Assembly: GCF_028368995.1 (NCBI RefSeq)
Contig: NZ_JAQNDL010000001.1
Location: 3,168,001 to 3,232,000 of the forward strand
Source: Nannocystis bainbridge
Lineage (GTDB): Bacteria; Myxococcota_A; Polyangia; Nannocystales; Nannocystaceae
DNA: 64,000 nt
Direction: 5' to 3'
Of the stretch, positions 41,546 through 53,424 are shown piece by piece. Both the position numbers and the translations under genes were made by a program. The notes under the pieces are model-generated. The model did no database searches and was not told where the DNA came from. It saw nothing but the letters and a program-made list of their open reading frames with translations. Each line of letters starts with the position of its first letter. Within the stretch, counting starts at the first letter, position 1.

Positions 41546-43675
41546 TCACTTGTCGGCGATGACCGCGAGCGAGCCGATGTTGCCGAAGCTGTCGCGCGCG
41601 CGCAGGACCACGCGGTGGCGGCCCGGGGCCAGCGGCTCCGGGAGGGTCAGCTGGAAGCCCTCGCGGCCGGTGTCGAACAGGCCGTCGCTGGGGCTGGCGG
41701 CGCGGAACGGGCCGCCGTCGACGCTGAACGCGACATCGTGGATCTGCCCGCCGTCGTCGCTCGCCGTGCCGGTGATCGCCAGGCCGCTGACCTTGACGCC
41801 GTCGATCGCGGGGCGCTTGTGGTCGACCAGGAACGGGGCCGAGACCACCTCGTCGCGGGCGGCGCGGGAGATGCCGTTGCTCGGCTCGTCGCTGGCGATC
41901 ACCTGCGCCTCGTAGACCCCGTCGGGCACGCTGCCGAGGTCCCACTTGTACTCTTTCTTGGTCACCGGGGCGGCGCCGCTGAGCGAGATCCACTCCTTGT
42001 CGGTCGTGCCCTCGGGGCGCACGCGGACCTCGTAGACCAGGTCGTCGTCGTCGCGCGCCTCGGCCTTCCACTTGATCGTCAGCTTGCCGTCGGGCTCGTC
42101 GTCGTCGGTCAGCTCGAACTCGGGCCGGGCCACGTCGACCCCGGCCACCAGCGGCGCCAGGTTCTCGGGGGCGTAGAACAGCTGCACGTCGCGCAGCTCG
42201 CCGCCGTCGGCCAGGGTCACCTCGAGCTCGACGAAGCGGCGGGTCGGCAGCGCCAGCGCGCCGGCCAGGGCGTCGCCGTCCTTCTTGAGGCTGACCGGCT
42301 TCCACTCGCTCCAGCGCTTGTCCGGCTCCTCGCCCGGGCCGCTGCGGGCGCGCAGCGTCAGGCCGCCGCCGCGCAGGTAGACCGCGCCGAACGTCGACGG
42401 CTGCTTGGCGTCGAGCACCTTTGTCCGGTACCTGGCCTTTTGGGCAGGTGCGACCGCGAGCCGATACGCGCCCGCGCCGTCGCCGGTGGTGGCCAGCGCC
42501 GCGCCGTCGCCGAGGCGGCACAGCGCGGTCGCCTGGCGCTCGTCGAGGTCGGCGACGGTGGCGACGTCGCGGCGGCCGCGGACCCGGTAGACCTTGCCCT
42601 GCTGCGACGCGGCGACCAGCACCTCGGAGCCCTTGCCGCCGGCCAGCAGCGACGTGAAGTACTGCTTGTCCTTGTGCAGCCACGACTCCCAGGTCGCCTC
42701 GGCCGCGCGGGCCAGGTCGCGCTTGGGGCCGAGGGCGACGAAGAACAGGTCGGCCGACGACTGCGCCCCGCCGCCGCCCGACGTCGCGTCGAGCGTGCCC
42801 TCGGCCGGCTGCCCGACCAGGCTGGTGCGGTTGAGGTTCTTCGTCAGCGCCTGCACCGACGACAGCCCGCGGTCGGTGAAGTCGTTGACGGCCGCGACCA
42901 GCCCGCCGTCGACCAACGCGAGCGCGCGGACCTCGTCGCCGGAGAAGTCGTGGACGAGGATGCCGTCGCTCGCGGGCCCGACCTGCAGCACCTTGGCGCC
43001 CGGCGAGGTCCCGACGATCACGTCCTTGCCGACCGGCAGCACCGCGAGGATGTCCTTCTCGTCGGAGTCGAGCACGACCTTCGGGTCCTTGCCGCTCATG
43101 TCGAGCGAGAACAGCTCGCCCTTGGGGCCGGTCCCGACCAGCAGGCGGCCCTCGTGCGGCACCAGGGCCCAGATCTGCTCGACCTGCAGCTTGGCGAACT
43201 CGCTGACCTTGCCCTTGGCGTCGACGCGGTGGATCGTGCCGCCGGGCAGCGTCGCCGCCAGCACGTCGCCGCCGGGCAGCGTCGTGATCGCCGACACCAC
43301 CGCGCCGGGCAGCTCGGCCAGCTTGCTCGCCGCCGGCGCGGCCCCGCCGGCCTTGCTCGGGGTCGTCAGCTTGATCCGCTGCACCCCCGCGCGGTCGGCC
43401 GTGCCGAGGTACACCGCGCCCTTGTCCTTCGGGTCGGCGACGCACGAGAACACGCTCGCCGCGCCCTTCACCTCGCCGCGCGCCGGCACCAGGCCGACCG
43501 TGACCTTGCCCGAGCCCTCGATCGCCGCGCCCTCGGCCTCGCCGGCGTCGAAGTCGTCGAAGTCGCCGAGGTGGAAGCTGCGCGTCCCGCCGGCCCCCGC
43601 GCTCGCGGGCGTGAGGGCGAGCAGCGCCGCGAGCGAAACATATGTACGAAAGGACATGCGCGAAGGGACAGTCAT
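41546..43675 (-). CDS. Secreted beta-propeller protein with C-terminal Ig/FN3-like domains
   Basis: Signal SLAALLALTPASAGA, repeated blades (LAATLPGGTIHRV, LLVGTGPKGELF, VIVGTSPGAKV), KWKAEARDDDDLVYEV, DGVYEAQVIASD. Start 43675 or 43657. Confidence 0.75.
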   Translation of the reverse strand: MTVPSRMSFRTYVSLAALLALTPASAGAGGTRSFHLGDFDDFDAGEAEGAAIEGSGKVTVGLVPARGEVKGAASVFSCVADPKDKGAVYLGTADRAGVQRIKLTTPSKAGGAAPAASKLAELPGAVVSAITTLPGGDVLAATLPGGTIHRVDAKGKVSEFAKLQVEQIWALVPHEGRLLVGTGPKGELFSLDMSGKDPKVVLDSDEKDILAVLPVGKDVIVGTSPGAKVLQVGPASDGILVHDFSGDEVRALALVDGGLVAAVNDFTDRGLSSVQALTKNLNRTSLVGQPAEGTLDATSGGGGAQSSADLFFVALGPKRDLARAAEATWESWLHKDKQYFTSLLAGGKGSEVLVAASQQGKVYRVRGRRDVATVADLDERQATALCRLGDGAALATTGDGAGAYRLAVAPAQKARYRTKVLDAKQPSTFGAVYLRGGGLTLRARSGPGEEPDKRWSEWKPVSLKKDGDALAGALALPTRRFVELEVTLADGGELRDVQLFYAPENLAPLVAGVDVARPEFELTDDDEPDGKLTIKWKAEARDDDDLVYEVRVRPEGTTDKEWISLSGAAPVTKKEYKWDLGSVPDGVYEAQVIASDEPSNGISRAARDEVVSAPFLVDHKRPAIDGVKVSGLAITGTASDDGGQIHDVAFSVDGGPFRAASPSDGLFDTGREGFQLTLPEPLAPGRHRVVLRARDSFGNIGSLAVIADK

Positions 43676-43692
43676 GATCGAGCTTGGACGGT

Positions 43693-45570
43693 TCAATCGG
43701 AGGACGGCGCGGCGAACTTCCGCTTCGGCTTGACGCTGACCTTGAGCGTGTGCTCGCCCTCGATCAGCGACGGGCGCGGGATCACCCGCCGCGCCATCTG
43801 CTTGAAGCGGACCGCCGACGTGGTGCTGCCGGTGTGCGCGAGGCTCTCGAGCACGCTGGCCGGCAGCTCGGGCAGGAGCCCGTGGCGGGTCGAGAGGCCC
43901 TCGGCCTCGCGGTAGATCGTGGCGACCAGGCTGCGCGGCGGATAGGTGTCCTGCAGCGTGTCGATCAGGTCGTCGAGCGAGTCGGGCATGGGCCGCGGCG
44001 GGCGGGCGTTGTCGCCGCCGGTGACCTCGATCTGGATGTCCTGGTCGGCGGCGTCGTCGGGCACGCGCAGCGACAGGCTCTCCTCGCGGGCGGCCCCGCG
44101 GTAGTCGCGGAGGCGCAGCTCGAGCGTCACCAGGTCGCCGGCGTGGACATCGGCGTCGGCCAGCCGCACCGACTCGAGGATGTCGACCGGGCTGTCGTAG
44201 CGCAGCGTCGCCGTCTGGCGCACGCCTCGCAGCTTGGCGACCTCGAAGTCGTTGTTGAGCAGCGCCGCCATGATGAGCGCCCCACGGCCGCGGCCGAGCG
44301 CGCGCGCGTCGACCCCGGCGGGGAAGAACTCCTCGTGCTTGACCGTGACGGTGCGCGGGCCCTTGCTGGTCGTGACATCGATCTGGTGCACGATCTCGGC
44401 CACTACCTCGGTGCCGTCGCCCGCGCCCTCGCCGAGCGCGTCGACCAGCAGGCTGGCCGCCAGCGCCGGCGTGAGGTCGACGCCGAGCGCGACCTCGCTG
44501 TGATAGACGCGCGGAGGCATATCGGGCTCCGGCGCGCGCAGCTCGGTGGTCACCGGGATCATCGGCGCGCCGACGTCGGTGCGCAGAGAGATCGCCGCCT
44601 GGCGGTCCTGGATCATCGAGCCGCGCACGTGCAGCGCGCTCGACAGCTTCACCGAGCGCTCGACGCTGGGGATGATCACGTGGACCCGCGCGTCGGCGAT
44701 CGGCAGGTTGCTCGGACCGGCGCCGAGCATCTCGTGGCCGAACGCCAGCAGCTTCTCGCCCTGCTTGCCGCCGACCCACGTCACCGTGCCGTTGGGCGCG
44801 ACCGCGTTGTCGCCGCGGATCAACACTACCGACACCGAGTCGCCGCCCTGCCACGTCTTGGCCGGCGCCGTCTTGGCGTCGCCGACGGCCGTGCCCCCGC
44901 TGCCCCCGCGCGCGGGCACGAGGCCGAGCGTGTCGGCGAGGAAGCGAGTCGCCGCCGAGCCGAGGCCGCTCACCGACATCGGCGCGCCGAGCGGCGCCAG
45001 GCCGCCCTGCGGGGTCAGGTCGTCGGGACGGCGGCGCGGCGGCAGCGGGGTGGTGTCGAGCCCGAGCATCGCGTCGGCCCAGCCGGCGGCGCCGGGCCGG
45101 GCGGTCCCGCGGATCTTGTTGTGCGGCAGCACGTCTGGCCGAAAGGGCAGGTCGCCGACGGCGAACATGTTGCTCATCGGCGTGATGCCGCCGATCGGGT
45201 CCTTGTTGAAGCGGTAGCCGTAGGCGAGCGCGCCGACCAGCTTGCCGTCGATGTAGATCGGGCTGCCGCTCATGCCGCCGACGATGCCGGAGTGGACCAT
45301 CCGCGGATCCGACGAGCGGAACAGGATCGCGTCCTGGCGCGGCAAATAATCGCGGATGACGTCGACGACCTCGATCTCGAAGCGGTCGGTGCCGGTGCCG
45401 GAGAACACAGTGACCGCGTAGCCCTTCATGCCGGGGCGCACGTCGTCCACGGGCATGATGTCGGGCCGGGCGGCCGAGGCGGGGCGCAGCGCCAGGGCGC
45501 CGAGCACGGCGAACCCGGCGGCGCAGCGGCGAACGATGCGACGCACGTTCCGGGGCTCAGGACTTGGCAT
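43693..45570 (-). CDS. SpoIVB-like serine peptidase (S55) domain protein
   Basis: VRPGMKGYAVTVF.GT, GIVGGMSGSPIYIDGKLVGALAY, GTVTWV, LAFGH. Confidence 0.85.
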   Translation of the reverse strand: MPSPEPRNVRRIVRRCAAGFAVLGALALRPASAARPDIMPVDDVRPGMKGYAVTVFSGTGTDRFEIEVVDVIRDYLPRQDAILFRSSDPRMVHSGIVGGMSGSPIYIDGKLVGALAYGYRFNKDPIGGITPMSNMFAVGDLPFRPDVLPHNKIRGTARPGAAGWADAMLGLDTTPLPPRRRPDDLTPQGGLAPLGAPMSVSGLGSAATRFLADTLGLVPARGGSGGTAVGDAKTAPAKTWQGGDSVSVVLIRGDNAVAPNGTVTWVGGKQGEKLLAFGHEMLGAGPSNLPIADARVHVIIPSVERSVKLSSALHVRGSMIQDRQAAISLRTDVGAPMIPVTTELRAPEPDMPPRVYHSEVALGVDLTPALAASLLVDALGEGAGDGTEVVAEIVHQIDVTTSKGPRTVTVKHEEFFPAGVDARALGRGRGALIMAALLNNDFEVAKLRGVRQTATLRYDSPVDILESVRLADADVHAGDLVTLELRLRDYRGAAREESLSLRVPDDAADQDIQIEVTGGDNARPPRPMPDSLDDLIDTLQDTYPPRSLVATIYREAEGLSTRHGLLPELPASVLESLAHTGSTTSAVRFKQMARRVIPRPSLIEGEHTLKVSVKPKRKFAAPSSD

Positions 45571-46120
45571 GGCGTTCGAGGGCTTGACGCATTGCGCCGA
45601 CGAGGTCGTCGTGCGGCGAATAGTAGTACTTGTAACGGCGACGCGAGGCGTTCAGCAGCTCGCGGTCGAGCTCGCCGGCGGAGTCGAAGAACAGCACGCG
45701 CGGGACGTAGCGGCCGTCGGGGCCGTACTGCTGGCTCGTCGGCTCGAGGTCCTGGTCGACGTTGATCATCACGAAGCGGTCGGTCAAAGCGACCAGCGCC
45801 GGGTCGGAGAAGGCCGGCCGCAGCGCCTTGCACTGCGAGCACCACGACGCGTGCACGACCAGCATGATCGGCCGACCCTCGCTCGCGGCTTCGCGGAAGC
45901 CCTCGTCGAGGCCGCGCCAGGCGATGGCGTCGCCGAAGCCGTTGGCCGGGGCGGTGGCGGTGCGCGCCTTCGCGGCGGGGGCCGGCGCAGGCGCAACAGC
46001 GGGCGAGCTATGCTCGGCGGCGGTCGATGGCTCGCCGCCGCAGCCGGAGAGGAGGACCGCGCCGCCTGCCGCGACGGCAGGTGCGAGGGCGAGCGCGAGG
46101 ACCAGGCGGGTCGAGGTCAC
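45557..46120 (-). CDS. Thioredoxin-family lipoprotein
   Basis: LLSGC lipobox, IAWR..DEG..EA...GRPIMLVVHASWCSQCKAL, YVPRVLFFD. GTG start at 46120. Confidence 0.85.
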   Translation of the reverse strand: MTSTRLVLALALAPAVAAGGAVLLSGCGGEPSTAAEHSSPAVAPAPAPAAKARTATAPANGFGDAIAWRGLDEGFREAASEGRPIMLVVHASWCSQCKALRPAFSDPALVALTDRFVMINVDQDLEPTSQQYGPDGRYVPRVLFFDSAGELDRELLNASRRRYKYYYSPHDDLVGAMRQALERHAKS

Positions 46121-46273
46121 GGCCTGCAACCATACCACGCGCGATCTGCGAGATCCCGCGGCGAAGCAGCCACGGGCGCGCGCGCGTCGACGCGGCGGCA
46201 CCCGAGCCCGCGTGCGCCCCCTCATGAGATGGTTGCCGCCACCGCGCCGCCGTGTTGTCATCCTTCCTCCAGG

Positions 46274-49297
<3,024 letters not shown>

Positions 49298-49299
49298 GA

Positions 49300-49631
49300 T
49301 GCTCTTCGGGACATGTCCGTGAGGGCATGTCCCGAGCGACAGCTCGACTGAGGCTCTGCCCCACCGATCTACAGTGCTTCGGGACATGACTCCGAGGTTA
49401 TGTCCGCGCGAGCATGTCCGCGCCACAGATTTTTCGTCGGCGATGCCGGTCCGCGACGGCGCTCGCCGGGCATCGTGATGACCTGGCCCGAGGGACAGCT
49501 TTCCCTCATCCGGCCAGCGGGCGGGCCGGGTGGCCAGCCGGCGGGACACCGCGTGACCGCGGCGCCGCGTCGGCGCCGGCTTTTTCGCTGGCACGCGGCT
49601 TGAAGTCCTTCGGGACATGTCCCAAGGGAGT
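49300..49631. repeat. Dense cluster of 14-bp-phased TGTCC-N4-GGACA-family units
   Basis: Tandem units at 49300/49314/49328 and 49373/49387/49401/49415, a single unit at 49484, and a pair at 49604/49618. Confidence 0.85.
49589..49603 (+). promoter_or_regulatory. Putative sigma54 -24/-12 promoter of radC
   Basis: TGGCAC-GCGGC-TTGA matches TGGCAC-N5-TTGC except at the last base. Confidence 0.5.
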
Positions 49632-50348
49632 GGTCAAGACTGCGGCGAAGACGAACCGGAGGCCCGCGCGCGGGCGATCGAGCGGCCCCGCGAGCGCATG
49701 TACACGTTCGGGCCGGCGGTGCTGAGCAACGTCGAGCTGGTCGCGCTGCTGCTCGGCGGCGGACGGGCCGAGCAGCGGGCGCTGGGGCTGCTGCAGCGGC
49801 TCGGCGGGCTGTCGGGGTTGATGCGCGGGCTGCCGCAGGAGCTGGCCGAGTCGCCGGGGATCGGCGAGGCCTCGGCGACCGCGGTGTGCGCGGCGGTCGA
49901 GCTGGCGCGGCGCATCGGTCAGCTCCAGCTCCCGGTCGAGGCGGCGGTGCGCGGCTCCGACGACGTGCGCCGGTTCGTCCACGCCCACCTGCGCGGCCGC
50001 TCGCAGGAGGTGTTCATGATCCTGGGCCTCGACAGCCGGCGGCGGATCCGCCTGATCAAGGAGGTCGGCCTCGGCAGCGTCGCCCATGTCCACGTCCACC
50101 CGCGCGAGGTGTTCCGCCCGCTGACCCAGGCCGGTGCTCACTCGGTGATCCTCGTCCACAACCACCCCAGCGGCGAGCCGAACCCCAGCGAGAGCGACGT
50201 CGGCCTCACCCATCGCCTGGTCGAGTGCGGCTGGCTGATGGGCATCCCCGTGGTCGACCACCTCATCGTCACCGACGGCGGCTGCACGTCCATGCTGGCC
50301 CTCGGGCTGCTCCCCGAGGCCCCGCTGCACCCGGAGGCCCCGCTGTGA
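49617..50348 (+). CDS. radC: RadC / JAB-domain protein
   Basis: ERPRER..FG...LSNVELVALLL, GIGEA, HPREVF, VHNHPSG...PSESD, DHLIV. Confidence 0.92.
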   Translation: MSQGSGQDCGEDEPEARARAIERPRERMYTFGPAVLSNVELVALLLGGGRAEQRALGLLQRLGGLSGLMRGLPQELAESPGIGEASATAVCAAVELARRIGQLQLPVEAAVRGSDDVRRFVHAHLRGRSQEVFMILGLDSRRRIRLIKEVGLGSVAHVHVHPREVFRPLTQAGAHSVILVHNHPSGEPNPSESDVGLTHRLVECGWLMGIPVVDHLIVTDGGCTSMLALGLLPEAPLHPEAPL

Positions 50349-50391
50349 CCACGCTGCCGCGCGCGCGCGAATCGTGCTACGTCCTCGCGCC

Positions 50392-51171
50392 ATGGACCTC
50401 GGTCTCCAGCACAAAGTCGCGATCGTCACCGGCGGCAGCGAGGGCATCGGGCGCGCCACCGCCCGCGCGCTCGCGCTGGCCGGGGCCCGCGTGGTCATCT
50501 GCGCCCGCCGGCCCGAGGTGCTCACCGCGGCGATGCACGAGCTGTCCGCCGAGACCGGCTCCGAGGTGCTCGCCATGCCGGTCGACGTGCGCGAGCCGGC
50601 CGACGTCATGCGCCTCGTCGACGGGGTGGTCGCCCGCCTCGGCCGCATCGATGTCCTCGTCAACAACGCCGGCACCGCGGCCGCGGGCCCGTTCGAGTCG
50701 ATCACCGACGACGCCTGGCAGGACGACCTCGACCTCAAGCTGTTCGCCGCGCTGCGCCTGGTCCGCCTGGTCATCCCGCACATGCGCAAGGCCGGCGGCG
50801 GCAGCATCGTCAACCTGCTCAACATCGGCGCCCGTCAGCCTGCGGCCCGCTCGATGCCGTCGTCGGTCAGCCGCGCCGCCGGTCTGGCCCTCTCCAAGGC
50901 GCTGTCCAAAGAGCTCGCGCCCGACCAGATCCGCGTCAACGCGGTGCTCATCGGCCTGGTCAAGAGCGGTCAGCACGACCGCAAGCGCAACCCCAGCCTC
51001 GACCGTGACCGCTTCTACGCCGACATGGCCCGCCAGGGCCAGGTCCCCCTCGGCCGCGTCGCCGAGGCCGAAGAAGCCGCCGACCTCATCACGTTCCTGG
51101 CGTCAGCCCGCGCGGCGTTCATCACCGGCACGGCGATCAACTTCGACGGCGGCGCCAGCGCGGTGCCGTGA
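50392..51171 (+). CDS. SDR family oxidoreductase (atypical active site)
   Basis: VTGGSEGIG, LVNNAG, IRVNAV, FDGG. SSVSR stands in place of YxxxK. Confidence 0.88.
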   Translation: MDLGLQHKVAIVTGGSEGIGRATARALALAGARVVICARRPEVLTAAMHELSAETGSEVLAMPVDVREPADVMRLVDGVVARLGRIDVLVNNAGTAAAGPFESITDDAWQDDLDLKLFAALRLVRLVIPHMRKAGGGSIVNLLNIGARQPAARSMPSSVSRAAGLALSKALSKELAPDQIRVNAVLIGLVKSGQHDRKRNPSLDRDRFYADMARQGQVPLGRVAEAEEAADLITFLASARAAFITGTAINFDGGASAVP

Positions 51172-51195
51172 GGCCGCCGAGCCTGCCTCGGCGCG

Positions 51196-51293
51196 TGTCC
51201 TTCGGGACATGCTTCGAGAGAACCGGCCGACGTCGCTCGGCGATGGATGTCTCTCGACACATCTCCTTCCTGCCGAACCTGTCCCTCAGGACA
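51196..51293. repeat. TGTCC-N4-GGACA cluster between convergent genes
   Basis: Perfect sites at 51196 and 51280, near-match TGTCT-CTCG-ACACA at 51248. Confidence 0.85.
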
Positions 51294-51301
51294 TCCTCTC
51301 T

Positions 51302-52255
51302 TCAAGCGTCCTGCGGATCGCCCTCGCGGGCCCGTCCGCGGCGCGTCCTCGCGGCCGGGAGCGCGGCCAGGCGCGGGATCCCGGCGGCCGCAGCGGCGAA
51401 GAACTCCGGATCGAGCTCGACCCCGACGCTCTCGTAGCCGACCGCGACCGCGGCCGCGATCGTCGAGCCGCCGCCCATGAACGGGTCGAGCACCACGCCG
51501 CGGCCGAGCGGCAAGGCAGCACGCACCAGCTGCCGCATCAGCGCCTGCGGCTTGAGCGAGGGGTGAGGCGAGAGCGCGCGCTCCTCGGGCCGGGTCGGCG
51601 CGGAGGCGATGACGTCGGCGAACGGCTGGTCAGCGGAGATCCGCCGCAACCCACCGGTGCCCCACCGGCGCAGGTTGTCCTGGACGCGGCCCTCGCACGG
51701 CTTGCGAAACAGCCCCCACGGCTCCCACGCGGACCGCGGCATGACTGTGACGTCGGCGAACTCCTCGTGGGCGTTCTTCGGCCGGTCGCCGCCGCGCAAG
51801 GTCTGGACCAGGCGGATGATCTCGGCCCGCTTCTCGAACCCGGCCGCGAGGAACGGCCCGTACACGAGGTGCGAGAGCAGCGGGTTGCCGGCGATGAACA
51901 CGTGCGCGCCAGGGACCAGCACGCGCATGGCCCGGGCGGCGAAGTCGGCGAAGAACCGGGCCATGGCGTCACGCTCGTCGGCCGACAGGACGGTGAAGCG
52001 CGGCAGCGGGCTGCGGGTGCTGCCGTCCATGGTCGGGGGGATCCGCCACACCCCGCCGTGACCGCTGCGCAGCTTGGCAGTCTCGAGCGCGGTGTATTCC
52101 TTGAGGCCGTAGGGCGGGTCGGTGACGATCGCGTGGATCGATCTCTCGGGCTGCGCGGCCATCCAGCGCAGGCCGTCCGCCCGCACCAGCGTGTACGCGG
52201 CCTCGCCGAGCCGGTGCGAGCTCGAGACGAAGCTTTCCTGGTCGGTCGCGACCAC
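51302..52255 (-). CDS. Orphan DNA methyltransferase (N6-A/N4-C, beta class)
   Basis: IVTDPPY precedes HPSLKP and VLDPFMGGGST, then GVELD. Confidence 0.9.
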   Translation of the reverse strand: MVATDQESFVSSSHRLGEAAYTLVRADGLRWMAAQPERSIHAIVTDPPYGLKEYTALETAKLRSGHGGVWRIPPTMDGSTRSPLPRFTVLSADERDAMARFFADFAARAMRVLVPGAHVFIAGNPLLSHLVYGPFLAAGFEKRAEIIRLVQTLRGGDRPKNAHEEFADVTVMPRSAWEPWGLFRKPCEGRVQDNLRRWGTGGLRRISADQPFADVIASAPTRPEERALSPHPSLKPQALMRQLVRAALPLGRGVVLDPFMGGGSTIAAAVAVGYESVGVELDPEFFAAAAAGIPRLAALPAARTRRGRAREGDPQDA

Positions 52256-52483
52256 GCGCGCGCGAGCCTACCACGCACCGGCGCCCGCACCGACGCGCGG
52301 TCCGCTGGCTCCGCGAGCCTCGCCAGCGCGCGCGACCTGCGGACGCTCGCCGAGCGCCTCACGACGCCCAGTCGAGCCCAGCGCTCGCTCAGCCCGCGAA
52401 CGTGCGCCGAGCGGGCCACGAGACCGCGGCCCGCCTCGGGCGAGCGCGACCCGCGGGCCTTGCAAAGGTGCTCGGCCTGCCCC

Positions 52484-53395
52484 TCAGACCAACTCGGCGC
52501 GCAGGAACTCGCCGATCTTGCGGATCGCCCGCCGGGCCTCGGGGAGCAGACTCGGGAACGCCTGAAACACGTGGATCATGCCGTCCCAGATCTCGAGCTC
52601 GACCCGACCCTGCGCCGCCCGCACGCGCTCGGCCAGGCGGATCGAGTCGTCGTGCAGGACCTCGCGCGTGCCGACCTGGATCAGGATCGGCGGCAGGCCG
52701 CGCAGGTCGGCGTGGATCGGCGAGATCAGCGGGTGCCGCGGGTCGCCGTCGGGGCCGACGTAGTAGCGGCCGAACGCGGCCATGTCGCCGCCGAGCATCG
52801 GGTCGAGAGCGGCGCGCGTGCGCACCGACTCGCCCGTGGCCGCGAGGTCGGTCCACGGCGACAGCATGAACGCGGCGGCCGGCAGCGGCAGCGTCCCGGC
52901 GTCGCGCAGGCGCACCAGCGTGGCCGCGGTCAGCCCCCCACCCGCCGAGTCGCCGCCGATGGCGATCGAGCCGGGCGAATAGCCCTGGTCCAGGAGCCAT
53001 GTGTATCCGGACATGGCGTCGTCGAGCGCGGCCGGGTACGGGTACTCGGGGGCGAGCCGGTAGTCGAGGGCGAGCACGCGGACACGGGCCTCGCGGCTCA
53101 GAGCGGCCGTCAGCATCCGGTGCGAGGCGGGCGAGCCGGCGACGTAACCACCGCCGTGGAGGTAGAGCAGGACCTTGTCGGCGCGGGCCCCGACGGCGTG
53201 GATCCACTCGCCCGGGACGCCGCCGACCTCGGCCGGCTCGACGTACACGCCAGGCGGCAAGCGGCCCTGCCGGACCCCGCGCTCGATGGTCTTGCGCACG
53301 CCCTTGTAGCTGTCCGGCGTGAACTCGCCGATCGGGTGGCGGCGGCGCCAGTAGCGGATCATCTGGTACAGGAGGTGGCTCTGCAGGCTTGCCAT
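52484..53395 (-). CDS. Alpha/beta hydrolase, HSL-family esterase
   Basis: HGGGY, DYRLAPE, GDSAGG, SPWTDL, HVFQ. Confidence 0.93.
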   Translation of the reverse strand: MASLQSHLLYQMIRYWRRRHPIGEFTPDSYKGVRKTIERGVRQGRLPPGVYVEPAEVGGVPGEWIHAVGARADKVLLYLHGGGYVAGSPASHRMLTAALSREARVRVLALDYRLAPEYPYPAALDDAMSGYTWLLDQGYSPGSIAIGGDSAGGGLTAATLVRLRDAGTLPLPAAAFMLSPWTDLAATGESVRTRAALDPMLGGDMAAFGRYYVGPDGDPRHPLISPIHADLRGLPPILIQVGTREVLHDDSIRLAERVRAAQGRVELEIWDGMIHVFQAFPSLLPEARRAIRKIGEFLRAELV

Positions 53396-53396
53396 G

Positions 53397-53424
53397 TGTC
53401 CCTCAAGACATGTTCTTCAGGCCA
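53397..53424. repeat. Tandem pair of TGTCC-N4-GGACA-family units filling the intergenic gap
   Basis: TGTCC-CTCA-AGACA followed by TGTTC-TTCA-GGCCA. Confidence 0.7.
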
